A stretch of DNA of 64,000 nucleotides from Cladosporium halotolerans. Its lineage: Eukaryota. Made by a program: the position numbers and the translations under genes. Under the pieces are notes generated by a model. The model was given only the letters and a program-made list of their open reading frames with translations, was not told where the DNA came from and did no database searches. The DNA is taken from contig NW_027191453.1 of assembly GCF_011745625.1 (NCBI RefSeq), positions 1 through 64,000 of the forward strand, in the 5' to 3' direction. Shown one piece after another: positions 46,987-58,479 of this stretch. The stretch's first letter is position 1. Each line of letters begins with the position of its first letter.

Positions 46987-47697
46987 ATGCGCTACTCCGC
47001 CCTCCTTCTCCTCGCCGCCGGCGCCTTCGCCGTCGCCCAAGAGGCCGAGCCCTCCAACACCCTCACCGGTATCTACGCTGAGGTCAGCCGTGCTTCTGCC
47101 ATGGAGGAGAGCCAGCGCGCTGCCGCTTCCTCCGACGCTGCGAGGACCGACAAGCCCAACACTGGCATCCGCGCCGAGGCCAGCCGTGCGTCCGCGATGG
47201 AGGAGAGCCAGCGCGCCGCCGCTTCCTCCGACGCTGCCAGGACCGAGCCGCCCAACACCGGCATTCGCGCTGAGGCCAGCCGTGCGTCTGCCATGGAGGA
47301 GAGCCAGCGTTCTGCCGCTTCCGCCGATGCCCAGAGGACCGAGCCCCCGAACACCGGCATCCGTGCTGAGGCTAGCCGTGCCTCCGCCATGGAGGAGAGC
47401 CAGCGCGCCGCCGCGTCGTCCGACGCTGCCAGGACTGAGCCGCCCAACACCGGCATCCGCGCTGAGGCCAGCCGTGCATCTGCTATGGAGGAGAGCCAGC
47501 GCGCCGCCGCATCGTCCGCCGCTGCCAGGACCGAGCCCGTCAACACCGGTATCCGCGCAGAGGCCAGCCGTGCTTCCGCAATGGAGGAGAGCCAGAGAGC
47601 CGCTGCGTCGTCTGACGCCGCGAGCGGAGCCCAGGAGACCGGCTTCCCCAGCCACCTCCTCGGTGCCGCTGGTCTCGCCTTCGCCGCCCTTCTGTAA
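46987..47697 (+). CDS. Secreted, probably GPI-anchored tandem-repeat protein
   Basis: Signal peptide MRYSALLLLAAGAFAVA, six 32-aa repeats, and a hydrophobic C-terminus (SGAQETGFPSHLLGAAGLAFAALL*). Strong C-ending codon bias. Confidence 0.85.
   Translation: MRYSALLLLAAGAFAVAQEAEPSNTLTGIYAEVSRASAMEESQRAAASSDAARTDKPNTGIRAEASRASAMEESQRAAASSDAARTEPPNTGIRAEASRASAMEESQRSAASADAQRTEPPNTGIRAEASRASAMEESQRAAASSDAARTEPPNTGIRAEASRASAMEESQRAAASSAAARTEPVNTGIRAEASRASAMEESQRAAASSDAASGAQETGFPSHLLGAAGLAFAALL
47062..47622 (+). repeat. 96-bp coding tandem repeat, about 6 copies
   Basis: Units start at 47062, 47158, 47254, 47350, 47446 and 47542; consensus NTGIRAEASRASAMEESQRAAASSDAARTEPP. Confidence 0.95.
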
Positions 47698-48514
47698 ATT
47701 GGAACCACTGCACACATTTAGGCGGCTCGGCCGCTGTATCACGACCAGCTAGACTTCCCTGACTATGCGATGGCAAGAAGTCTATTACCTGCGAATTAAT
47801 ACGTATGGGTGTTGCCTATCCAACACGACGACCGAGGAGGAGGCTTGCCGACCATGGCCTCGTATGACTAGAAGGCGGAAACGAACGAGGCGAAGCTTGT
47901 ACATATGACAGCCTGTGTTTGAACACCAGCAGGGATTCTGTCTGGAGTCTGGTCTTATGCGAATTGGAGGATCAATGAATTTCGTATCGCTATTGCTCTT
48001 TGCGGGTGATATACTTTTTGAATGAATACCAAATTACACTTCTTGTAATCAGAAATGTGCATCAGACGACCCGATTTCTATGCTGACATCGTTTCACCAA
48101 TTGCTGTCTGAGAACCCAGTTTAGATATTGATTGACCCCTCGTAGAACGCTGGCGGCAGTGGGAGCTTGTCCCTTCAATACGTTCGATCAGCGTCGCAAA
48201 TCTGAATTGATACAATACCTATGCAACAACCGGTATTTGCCACCCACAATTTCGGTTCTCGGCCCCCAAAACTTCGCAAAGAATTGATGGTACGAAAAAG
48301 AGGTCCCGCAGTCACATGCCCGTAAGGCTGTCGGTACCTCCACTGGAGCTGCGTAACTGCCCCACACAGCTTACAGAGGAGCTTCTAGACGTATCCCGTC
48401 AGTGCCCGCTTGCCGCCCACAAAGGTCGTTCGGTATCTTGAACACTATCCACTCCACTTCCTCGCACCTGTCTCTACTTCTGGACACAAAATACCCAGAA
48501 CCAACTTGCCGACC

Positions 48515-49264
48515 ATGAAGATCGTTCTCACCGGCGCGACCGGCTTCATCGGCTCCGAAATCCTCGAACAAACCCTCAACAACCGCTACATCGAGCACGT
48601 CTACTGCCTGACCCGCCGCGCCCTCGACGACAAATACAGCACGCACCCCAAAGTCACACAACTCCTGCACGAGAACTTCGACGACCTGCCGGACCACCTC
48701 TTCGAGCGGCTGCGCGGCTGGGGCGTGGGCGGGTGCATCTGGGCGCTGGGCGCGCCCGTGAACTCGCACAAGAGCCTGGAGGAGGCGCAGAAGACGGGGA
48801 TCTCGTACCCCGTGCAGGCGGCGGAGAAGTTCGCGCGCATCTGCGCGCCGGAGTACATGGAGACGCAGAAGGGCGGGTACATCAAGCCCTTCCGCTTCGT
48901 CTTCATGTCCTTCTGGGGCGCCGAGGAGAACCAGTTCCGCTCGCTGTGGCTGTGGGGCGACACGCGGCGGATCAAGGGCGCGGCGGAGAAGGGGCTGTTC
49001 GAGACGATGGACTCGAGCGAGGTGGTGGATGGGAAGAAGTGCTTGGATGTCATGGCGTTTAGGGTTGGGACTGTGCTGGCCAAGGGCGATGCGATCACGT
49101 CGATCATTGCCATGGGCACGGTGCCTTCGATTACGGTGGATAGGTTGGCGAAGACCGCGATTCAGAAGTGCTTGAATGGCGACGTGGACAAGAGAAGGGT
49201 GCTGGAGAATGCGGATGTGCTGGGCGAGGACTGGGCGATGGTGAACACCATCCACGCGACGTGA
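48515..49264 (+). CDS. NAD(P)-binding Rossmann-fold protein (atypical SDR)
   Basis: MKIVLTGATGFIGSEIL, VYCLTRR, CIWALG, PFRFVFMS, IKGAAE. Confidence 0.85.
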   Translation: MKIVLTGATGFIGSEILEQTLNNRYIEHVYCLTRRALDDKYSTHPKVTQLLHENFDDLPDHLFERLRGWGVGGCIWALGAPVNSHKSLEEAQKTGISYPVQAAEKFARICAPEYMETQKGGYIKPFRFVFMSFWGAEENQFRSLWLWGDTRRIKGAAEKGLFETMDSSEVVDGKKCLDVMAFRVGTVLAKGDAITSIIAMGTVPSITVDRLAKTAIQKCLNGDVDKRRVLENADVLGEDWAMVNTIHAT

Positions 49265-49587
49265 GGTGGGCCTGTTTCTGTGATATCTTGCATTTTGGCG
49301 TGCTTGGGTCTGAAATGCCTTGCTTAGGGGCTTTTGATGGTTTGGCGTATTTCATGACTTCTTTACGGTCGAGCTAAGATACTCCTGATTTCTTTCCTGT
49401 CCAGAACGCCTCTCACGATTGCCACTGACACCTTAATCTCCTCGAATCGCCGGTGAACAAAGGAAATTCTCTCTCAGAATCAATGCACTCCCTGCCGATA
49501 TGCAGAACTTTCACTCGCTATTATCTCGATCCCGGTATTGTTGGGCCGCGATGAGCGTGAACGGGTTCTTTAGGCGGATGTGATAGC

Positions 49588-50388
49588 TCAGAGCTCGGGG
49601 ACAAAGTCGCTCCCATCGCTGTCGTCGCCGAGATCCTCACGCTTGATGAAGCGCTTACCTCCAGACTTAGAGGATCCGTTGGTGGACTTTCCCTGGGGAG
49701 TCGGCTGGCGGCTAGTAGCAGATCCGGCGACCTGGTTGGCAGCCGTATGCTCACCAACTTGGTTGACCAGGGCATTTTCACCAGCTCCGTCGAAAGCAGT
49801 GCCAGCCTGAGCGTTGTCCTCGCCACCAAGGTCGGCGTCTTCGGCCATGACAGCATCGCCCTCGTCGCTCTCGCCGGCGGCGTCCTCGTCACTGTCGCCG
49901 TCGTCCTCCTGGTACGACTTTGGAGTGCTCTTGGTGCGACGGGAAAGACGCGAGCGCGGAGCGGAAGGCGTGGTCTTGAGCATCTTACGCTCGGCGTCGG
50001 TATCCTCCGGGTCCATCGCCTCTTCCTCGTCGGAGGCCTTGGTGGCACGCTTGCGCTTGGTACCGGTGGTCGGAGTCTTCGTAGCAGCCGCCTTGCGCGG
50101 AGTGGATTTCGGGGTGCTTGCGGTTTTCTTCACCCCGTTGCCGTTGACGGACTTCTTGAGCGAGCCAATGTGCTCGGAGATGGCTCTCGGCGTGGGCTCG
50201 TAGTCGTCGACGCCCGTTTTGACTGTCGACCGTTAGTCTCGTGGGTAGGGTGACGGTTTGTGTTCATGCTTCGCACCGTAGCTGTCTTTCCATGCAGCGG
50301 CAAGGACATCAGCGTTGACCTTGACCTGCTCGATTAAGAGGAGGAACAGGCGCTGGTCGCGGTCGGCAGTCCAGATGGCCATGTTCAT
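49588..50388 (-). CDS. Small putative nuclear protein (helical N-terminal domain, K/T/P-rich basic region, acidic tail); intron 50276-50223
   Basis: MNMAIWTADRDQRLFLLLIEQVKVNADVLAAAW..YEPTPRAISEHIGSLKK, then STPKSTPRK, KRKR and an acidic tract. Canonical intron GTGCGA..CTAAC..CAG. Confidence 0.75.
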
Positions 50389-51226
50389 GAGGTTTCAGAT
50401 TTGTATGGCGGGTCGTTCGGGTGAGAGTACGGTCGTAGGAAGTGCAGGTTGTCAGTGTGGAAGCCCGGGAGAGAAGGGCTGAGGGGAAGAAAGTTGAGAA
50501 AGGTAAAGAAGATTTCAGGCTCAAGGTGACATGTGAAAGTCACGAGACACGCGCGAGAAGAGGTGAAATCAAGCGCGTGGCTGAGGCACCGAGATTGAAG
50601 CAAAAGTGAAGTGAGATCAGGCCTTTTCGCAGTCACGCTGATTTCACTTCTTGTTTTGCTTTCACTGAACACAGACGCACTACGAGAGAAATCTCGAGGC
50701 CCGAAATATCTTATCCCTGCTGAATTGACATGTCATTTCAACACTGCTCTCGCGTTCGTCGAGGTGCATAAGGCTCACGCGAACCCTTGTAAGTGCCTGC
50801 AGCATGCATGTTTGAGCCAGCCCACTGTGTAACTATCACAGCGCTTTGCGTGGGTTCCCGCATCATCACTTGCAGATGTCTGGCCATATGGAGGGCTGTA
50901 TGTCTGATCGATCTGACGGTTGCCTGATGTCCTCGGCAAGGATTCTAGGCACCGTGTCATCGCACGTTCAAAATCGCCAGCTCGTTGATCAAGACCCAAT
51001 AGAACAATGGTGAATTATGTTCAAGATAAAGTACTGTCTTCCGAAAGTGATCGCTGTCTACTCGAGTAAACACGAGCTAATGCCATCCCAGCAGCCAATC
51101 CACCATCCTTCTCCCTCTCACAATCGCTCGACATAGTTGCTCAGATTCGCCATGTCCCGTGGCCAGCCTGCGCCAATGCCTTCTCTCAAACCATCGGACA
51201 ATAGAAGCGACGATCCACTCAATCAC

Positions 51227-51799
51227 TTACCCGAAAAGATTGATTCCCGAATCGAAGTCGAGACCGTCAAAGCCGCTGTTGGGAGAGCCGACATTCGCAA
51301 AGTCCTCGTCAACCATGCTGCTGAATGAATTCTCGATAGCCTCAAGCTTGACTGCGTTCTTCCTCGCGTTCTTCTTGACGGGCGTGGTCTTTCCGATGCG
51401 ACCGTTGTTGACGCCTTGAGTGTCATTAGAGTATCCCGAGCGATGCGATGGCGCATAAAACTTACTGTCAAGCGCACCTGGAGCGTTCTTCTTTGGAGTT
51501 TTTGGCTTGCTGGGCGACTTGCGTGTCGCGGCCACCTTGTCCAAAGTCCCATTGTTGACAGCTTCTTGGAGAGCTTTCGCCTGCTTCTTGATCGGGCGGA
51601 GTTTATTCTCAACCGTATCGTAGGTCGTGCCGAAATGAGTGGCGACGGCACTAACGTCAATCTGGCAAACATAGATCAATACGAGAGTGCTAGAAGACGA
51701 GGAACTGTAGCGTACCTTCACCCCAGTGGCGATGATGGCGGCGACGAGCTTCTGCCAGACTTCGACAGAATCCCAGGCAACTTTGCTCTGACCGGCCAT
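51227..51799 (-). CDS. Small putative nuclear protein (HTH/Myb-like N-terminus, KTPK-rich); in-frame introns 51715-51662 and 51465-51415
   Basis: MAGQSKVAWDSVEVWQKLVAAIIATGVK|IDVSAVATHFGTTYDTVENKLRPIKKQA, SPSKPKTPKK, GRIGK. The 3' end may continue through a GTAAGT donor at ~51230. Confidence 0.75.
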   Translation of the reverse strand: MAGQSKVAWDSVEVWQKLVAAIIATGVKVRYSSSSSSTLVLIYVCQIDVSAVATHFGTTYDTVENKLRPIKKQAKALQEAVNNGTLDKVAATRKSPSKPKTPKKNAPGALDSKFYAPSHRSGYSNDTQGVNNGRIGKTTPVKKNARKNAVKLEAIENSFSSMVDEDFANVGSPNSGFDGLDFDSGINLFG

Positions 51800-52423
51800 G
51801 ATGGTTGCAGCGTTTGGTCAAGGTTGGAACAGTTGTGATGTCTATGTGCGTGTGGGTATTAGAGCTTGCAAATACTGGAGAGAGCGAAAGACAACGATCG
51901 AGGAAGGGGTGGTGACAACAGGTGTGGACGGTGGTGCGATCGCGAAGTGACAAGAAACCCGTCATGGGTGCCTGGGCGCACGGGGCAACCGCAGACAGCT
52001 CTCACGCTTTAGTGAGGCCTAAAGACGAGTTCAGCATTGAAGTCGACAGACCCATGTGACCAGGCGCGTTTCTGCCTGTTGCTCACTGCAACTCACTGAC
52101 CTTGACCGCTATTTATTCACCAATAGCATTGAGAATTGCATGAATTGAGTGCCGCACCATGCATGCACTCAACGCGTCGCGAGGGGTCGTTGACAATCTC
52201 GCCAGCGGAAGTGAAAAGTCGATGTTACACAGCATACATGTGGCGTTCGCAGCGGCGGCACGCTGCGCCGTGTGCCGCGGATGCAGGGACGAGCATGCTG
52301 GGTAACCATTCGAGTGAACGGTAAACGCCGACCGACTTGAGTAAGGCTAAACGCCGATTTGTAACCGGGAAACGCATCCTGGGCTCCAAATATTGCATGG
52401 CAGATACGTAATCTTTTTTTTTT

Positions 52424-53881
52424 TTATTGCGCTGCCAAACCGCTCTTAGTACCCACAATGCTGACGACATCTTCGTCCGCGACCATATGGCCCATGCCGA
52501 CCCTTTGTGGCATGTGTTTTGCGCTTGCGCCCCATACCAATGCATACTTGAAGCTGTCCTTGAGTGTTCTGTGAATCGCATCACACACGTCTTCGATGTT
52601 GCTGTTGCTTCGTACGATGAGCGCTTCGTCAAATGAAGGCTCCACTCCTTTGCGTTTGGTGTAGATGCGCATGAGTTGCAGCTCCTCCCAACATCTCTCG
52701 ACAACTTCTTGAACTCCGAGATCAAGCTCGCAGGACATGACGGCTGTGTTAGGCTCGCGCGCGAGGTTGTCGAGGTGCTCTAAGCTGATGCTATCGATCT
52801 TGTTGTAGACGTAAAGGCACTTGATGTATGTTCGGTGGTCTTTCATGATGACATCGATGAACTGGTCGACCGTGGCTACAAAGCGTCAGTAAATGCACGA
52901 TATAACCAGCAGCTAGAGTAGCTCATCGCGAGGCACATACCTTCTTCATCACGAACCAGGACTTCGCAATTGAGGATGCGGTAGTCTTTCAAGATGTTGT
53001 AAAGCATCTTCTCGTCGAGGTACTTCGGTGTTGCCTGGAAAGTGATCTTGACGCCGCCCGCCTTCTTGGGCTTGAGGTAAATGTTCGGAGGGTCTTGGTT
53101 GAGTCGGATGCCCACTGCTTCCAATTCGGCTTCAAGTAGAGCTCTTTGCTCTGCACGCTTGGTTGCGTCCAGAACCATGACGATCATATCACTTGTCTGA
53201 GAAGGGTCAGTAAACGTACGTTTCGCCAGCGCCCAAAAGAGAAATACCTTTGCAGCCGAAATGACCTGCCTACCGCGGCCCTTGCCCTCCGAGGCACCTT
53301 CGATGATACCGGGTAGATCCAGAATTTGAATTTCTGCACCGCCATATTCGAGCACACCAGGGATTGCCGTAAGCGTAGTGAAGGAATACGCGGCGATTTC
53401 TGACTTGGTCTTCGTAATCTTCGAGAGGAACGTCGATTTTCCGACAGAAGGGAAACCGACCAGCGCTATTCTTGCATCGCCTGATTTGGAGACGTCGAAA
53501 CCCTGACCACCGGCACCTCCTGCTCCCTGAGCAGGTTCGAGTAATTGCGCTCTTAGACGGGCGAGCTTTCTGTTATTGTGTCAGCGTCTAGCCAGTAGAA
53601 TGCGAGCCCGACGGTAGTCACCCTTTCAGCAATCCAAGATGGTAGTCTGTTGATCATTAGTATCAAGAAGAGCCCGGAGTTGGACGGAGAAACGTACTGG
53701 TCGCCTTGTTCTCTGGGAAGTGTTAGCGATCAATGTTCGTCACATAGAGTGATAGAAGTGAAGCATACTTTGCGTTCTAGCCATCTCATCCTCGATCCTG
53801 AAGAACTGTCAGCCAAAATGCCAAAAACGGTCCAATAGAGCGGGCAACAAACTCCTTGATCTTGTCCGTGATGTTCACCAT
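52424..53881 (-). CDS. RBG2: Developmentally regulated GTP-binding protein 2 (DRG2/Rbg2); 7 exons including four micro-exons
   Basis: Spliced N-terminus [82 protein letters not shown], and TGS domain [10 protein letters not shown]. Confidence 0.95.
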
Positions 53882-54264
53882 GTTGGCGAATTATGACTCG
53901 CTATCGGCGAGTGAGCGAAGCTGTTGCGAGACTTCCGTGCTCTAATTGGGGAACTGAGAATGAACAGTGTTTCTGGTTGTATGTCGTCGAGATCTCAGAA
54001 GTCAAAGAATTGTATGTGCCGTTGGTGGCACCCAGCGAAGCACGGATGGCGGAGTAGAGAGAAATCAAGATGCAGCGGGACAGGCGATCTGGGGCACGCT
54101 GAATCAGGAAGGTACAGCGTGGGTTGGTCGCGATAATGGTCATGCACGTCTAACGCCTTGTCCCGTGTCCAGAGATTCTTCGTTTCCTGCCCGCTTGTGT
54201 TTTTCTTCTGCACGAGATGTGCTGAGAGGCCGTGTGACTGGGGAGAAGGGTCTCGCTCGACACC

Positions 54265-57200
54265 ATGGATTCGCAATCCAACTCCTACAGTAGTCGACGG
54301 CCGTCGGCCGTCATAGACGACGAAGGATGGCAGAGAAGACGAAGCGCCATGTACCGGCGCGAGTCCAACTTCAGCGAGTATGTGCGACTATATGACATGG
54401 AGGGCGCTGTAGTACGTGGCTGACATCCCTTAGAGCCAGCTTTGTCAACGATGTGGAAATGGCACAGGACGAGGTACGAGCAGAGCCTGTCTAGAGCTTT
54501 TGCGCGCCTGAGCTAACCTCACTCCGAATAGGTCTTCTCAGGTCCAATGAGCGAAAGTGTTCCGACTGCTGCTAGCATATTTTCACACCGACGACCGAGG
54601 GCAGACTCCACCACCAGTTTCGCATTCTACGACGACGAGGAGGACCGCGATTCGATCTCTGGAGAATGGTCGGAAGAAGATGCTGTGCTTGATGAGCAGG
54701 ATGAGCTTGATGATATGGAGCGTGGAAGTCTGGATCAAGAGGATGCTTCTATTGAGCGCAGTACGGACGACGATGATCTGGACAGAGCAAGCCAGCGGCC
54801 TAGCCGGAGCAGGCACTCTTCAGGTTTCTCTAGGTCGTCCGGAATCTCAAGATCGTCAAGGGGATCCAAATCTCCTGGTAGAAGGTCCGTTGACCGACCG
54901 CTTCTCAAGAGACATACGTCTGCAGGCTCCGATACCAGCGGGTACCGCTCAGGTGGACGTCACAACCAGAAAATCTATATCCACGCGGAGGATATGACTA
55001 TCGTGGTTGCTGGTTTCAAGACATCCGTCATTGGCTTTGCGCTGTACCTTTGCATATGTGTGCTCACTGCCGGTATCGGGTACCTCATCTTTCGATGGCT
55101 GCCGAAGTGGTATGTGAGCCTCACTGGCAAGAGCACCGCGTTGGGACAATGCGATTGGGTTGTCGTTGAGAACCAGTGGGGCGAGATGGCTGTTCAAGAC
55201 CTGAAAGTTCTAGATTTTGGAAACTCACTCTCCTCCGTGTTCGGCCAAGGTGGAAAGGGGAAAATGCAGGATTTTGACGAGTACGACGACCCGATCATGG
55301 ATCAGCTGCGCATTCTGGACTACCGCTACATTCGATTCTGCTACCATCCGCTCAAGGACAAGCTGGTTCCCGGTAACACTTGGCAGGACCCAGCATGGAC
55401 AGACATGGCCGCGGTCAGAGCAGGCATCGACAGTGAGGAGCAAGAGAACCGCGAGCGCATCTTTGGCAGGAACGTCATCGATATTGAGCAAAAGACAACG
55501 GGACAGCTCCTCATGGACGAAGCGTTCCACCCATTCTATGTTTTTCAGATCGCCAGTCTGTTCCTCTGGTCCGTTGACGAGTACTACTACTACGCTGCCT
55601 GCATCTTTGCAATCTCTGTCGTTAGTATCACGACCACTCTCATCGAGACCAAAGCAACCATGAAACGCCTGCGCGACATTTCGCGTTTCGATTGCGATAT
55701 CCGTGTGCTTCGCAGTGGCTTCTGGAGGTATATCGATTCTGGCGATCTCGTTCCGGGAGATGTATACGAGATCACGGACCCCAACCTTGGCCAATTCCCT
55801 TGCGACAGCTTGCTGCTTTCAGGCGATTGCATAGTCAACGAGAGCATGCTGACAGGCGAATCTGTGCCAGTGTCGAAGTCGCCATCTACCGATGAGACCC
55901 TCGAGCTCATGGATCTCGCTGCCTTGAACATCCACCCCGATGTCGCCCGACACATGCTTTTCAGTGGCACAAAAATCATCCGCGCCAGGCGACCCCAGGA
56001 CGACAAGAGCGATGAGGCCGCTGCTCTCGCCTTGGTTGTGCGCACTGGCTTCAACACGACCAAAGGTGCTCTTGTCCGTTCTATGCTCTTCCCCAAACCG
56101 TCTGGCTTCACGTTCTACCGCGACTCGTTTAGATACATTGGTGTCATGGCTTGCATTGCCGCCATTGGATTTGTCGCTTCGTTCATCAACTTCGTGCGAC
56201 TGGGGCTGGCATGGCATCTGATTGTGGTTCGCGCATTGGATCTCATCACTATCGTTGTCCCTCCGGCATTGCCAGCTACGCTCACAATCGGTACTAATTT
56301 CGCCTTGTCCCGTCTGAAGGGAAAGCAGATCTTCTGCATTAGCCCGCAGAGGGTCAACGTCGGCGGCAAGCTTGACATTATGTGCTTTGACAAGACCGGC
56401 ACGCTCACTGAAGATGGCCTTGATGTCCTTGGTGTGAGAGTCGTTCAAAGACCCCACAATCGTTTCGGCGACATCCTTTCCGACTCAAACGAATTACTGC
56501 CCGGCGCCACGTACGAACGCGATCCGACCATGGACTACAACGCCAATAAAGCAATTCTATACACAATGGCGACTTGCCATTCTTTGCGAATTGTGGACGA
56601 TGAGTTCATCGGCGATCCTCTCGATCTCAAGATGTTCGAGTACACGGGCTGGCAGTTCGAGGAAGGCTCTGAGAGGCCTGCTGGTGGCGACGAGGAAGAG
56701 GACGCTTCTCTGACGCCATCTGTCGCACGCCCGCCTCCTGGATTGGAGCTCGACATCGACGAAGAAAGAGACTCTCCCAACAGTCGTCGACCGATCGAAC
56801 TCGGCATCTTGAAGTCGTTCGAATTTGCATCTCAACTTCGCCGGGCTAGCGTGATCGTCCGTCAGTTCGGCGAGAAGAGCGGTGATGTCTACGTCAAGGG
56901 CGCCCCTGAAGCAATGAAAGGCATCTGCAGGCCTGAGAGTTTCCCTCCGGACTACGACGAGCTGCTGGCGTACTACACCCACAGAGGTTTCCGTGTGATC
57001 GCATGTGCTACGAAGCACATCTTTAAGCTCAACTGGCTCAAGGTTCAAAAGATGAAGCGCGAGGAGGCCGAGTCCAACCTGGAGTTTGCTGGCTTTATCG
57101 TCTTCGAGAACAAGCTGAAGGAAGTTACCACCGATATCATCTCCGAACTAAGAGAGGCCAACATTCGCACGGTCATGTGTACTGGCGACAATATTCTGAC

Positions 57201-58479
57201 TGCCATCAGCGTTGCGCGTGAGTGTGGTGTCATCGACCGCACAGCACACTGCTTCGTACCTCATTTCGTTGAAGGAGACGCGCACACAGCACTTTCGAAA
57301 CTCGCCTGGGAAAGTGTCGACAATCCAATGTACCAACTGGATGAGAATACGTTGAAACCGCTGCCACCGCCTGCCGAACACGATTCCTCGCTGCCCTACG
57401 ACGTCTCCAATCTTCGCAATTACTCTGTCGCCATTTCGGGTGACGTATTCCGCTGGATCATCGATTTCGCATCTGAGAAGGTGCTTAGGGAAATGCTGGC
57501 TGTTGGCCAAGTCTTCGCTCGAATGTCGCCCGACGAGAAGCACGAGATGATTGAGAAGTTCCAGAGCATCGACTATTCTGCAGGCTTCTGCGGTGATGGT
57601 GCCAACGACTGTGGTGCATTGAAGGCTGCTGATGTTGGCATCTCGCTCTCCGAAGCCGAAGCCTCAGTCGCTGCTCCGTTCACTAGCCGGATCTTCGACA
57701 TCAGCTGCGTACCGGAGGTCATTCGCGAAGGCCGAGCAGCGCTTGTGACAAGCTTCAGCTGCTTCAAGTACATGTCGCTGTACTCCGCCATCCAGTTCAC
57801 CTCAGTGAGCTTCCTCTACGCCACCGCTAGTAACCTTGGCGACTTCCAATTCTTGTACATCGACCTGCTGCTCATCTTGCCCATCGCCATCTTCATGGGT
57901 TGGTCTGGTCCTTACTCGCAGCTCAGCAAGAAGCGACCTACTGCAAGCCTTGTCAGTCGCAAAGTCCTCGTCCCGCTTCTGGGCCAAATCGCTCTCTGTA
58001 TTCTCACCCAACTTTGCGGCTGGCTTGTCGTCCGCCAACAGTCCTGGTACCAGCCACCTGTGCTCGACAAGGAGCACTCGAACTCCGAGAACAGCGAGAA
58101 CACGACCCTGTTCACCCTATCCTGTTACCAATACATCCTTTCCGCCGTCGTGCTCAGCGTCGGCCCGCCATTCCGACAGAGCATGGCGCAGAACTTGCCT
58201 TTCGTCGTTACGATGCTTGTCACCCTCGCCATCAGTTCGTACATTCTGTTCGATCCAGCGCCCTGGCTTTCGGACCTGATGGAGCTCACCTGGATGAGTG
58301 TCAATTTCAGATTGTTCATTCTTGCGCTTGCGGGAGGCAGTTTCCTGTGCTCCTACTTGGCCGAGAAGCAGCTTTTCCAGCCTTTGGCGGCTGCCATTGG
58401 AAAGTTGCGGGTCAAGCTCGGTGGCCAGAAGAAGAAGAGGAAGGAGTACAAGATCATCTTGGAGAGCATGCGCATTTGA
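54265..58479 (+). CDS. YPK9: P5B-type ATPase (ATP13A2/YPK9 orthologue); two short 5' exons then a large exon from ~54532
   Basis: LTGES, PPALP, CFDKTGT, KGAPE, TGDN, CGDGANDCGALK. 5' exons MDSQSN..NFSE|ASFVNDVEMAQDE|VFSGPMSES are joined by canonical introns. Confidence 0.95.

Noticed and set aside
47062..47622. Repeat array considered as CRISPR or a RiPP/KEP precursor
   Set aside because: Contiguous in-frame coding repeats without spacers in a eukaryote; no dibasic Kex2 sites and no DUF3328-type tailoring genes recognised nearby.
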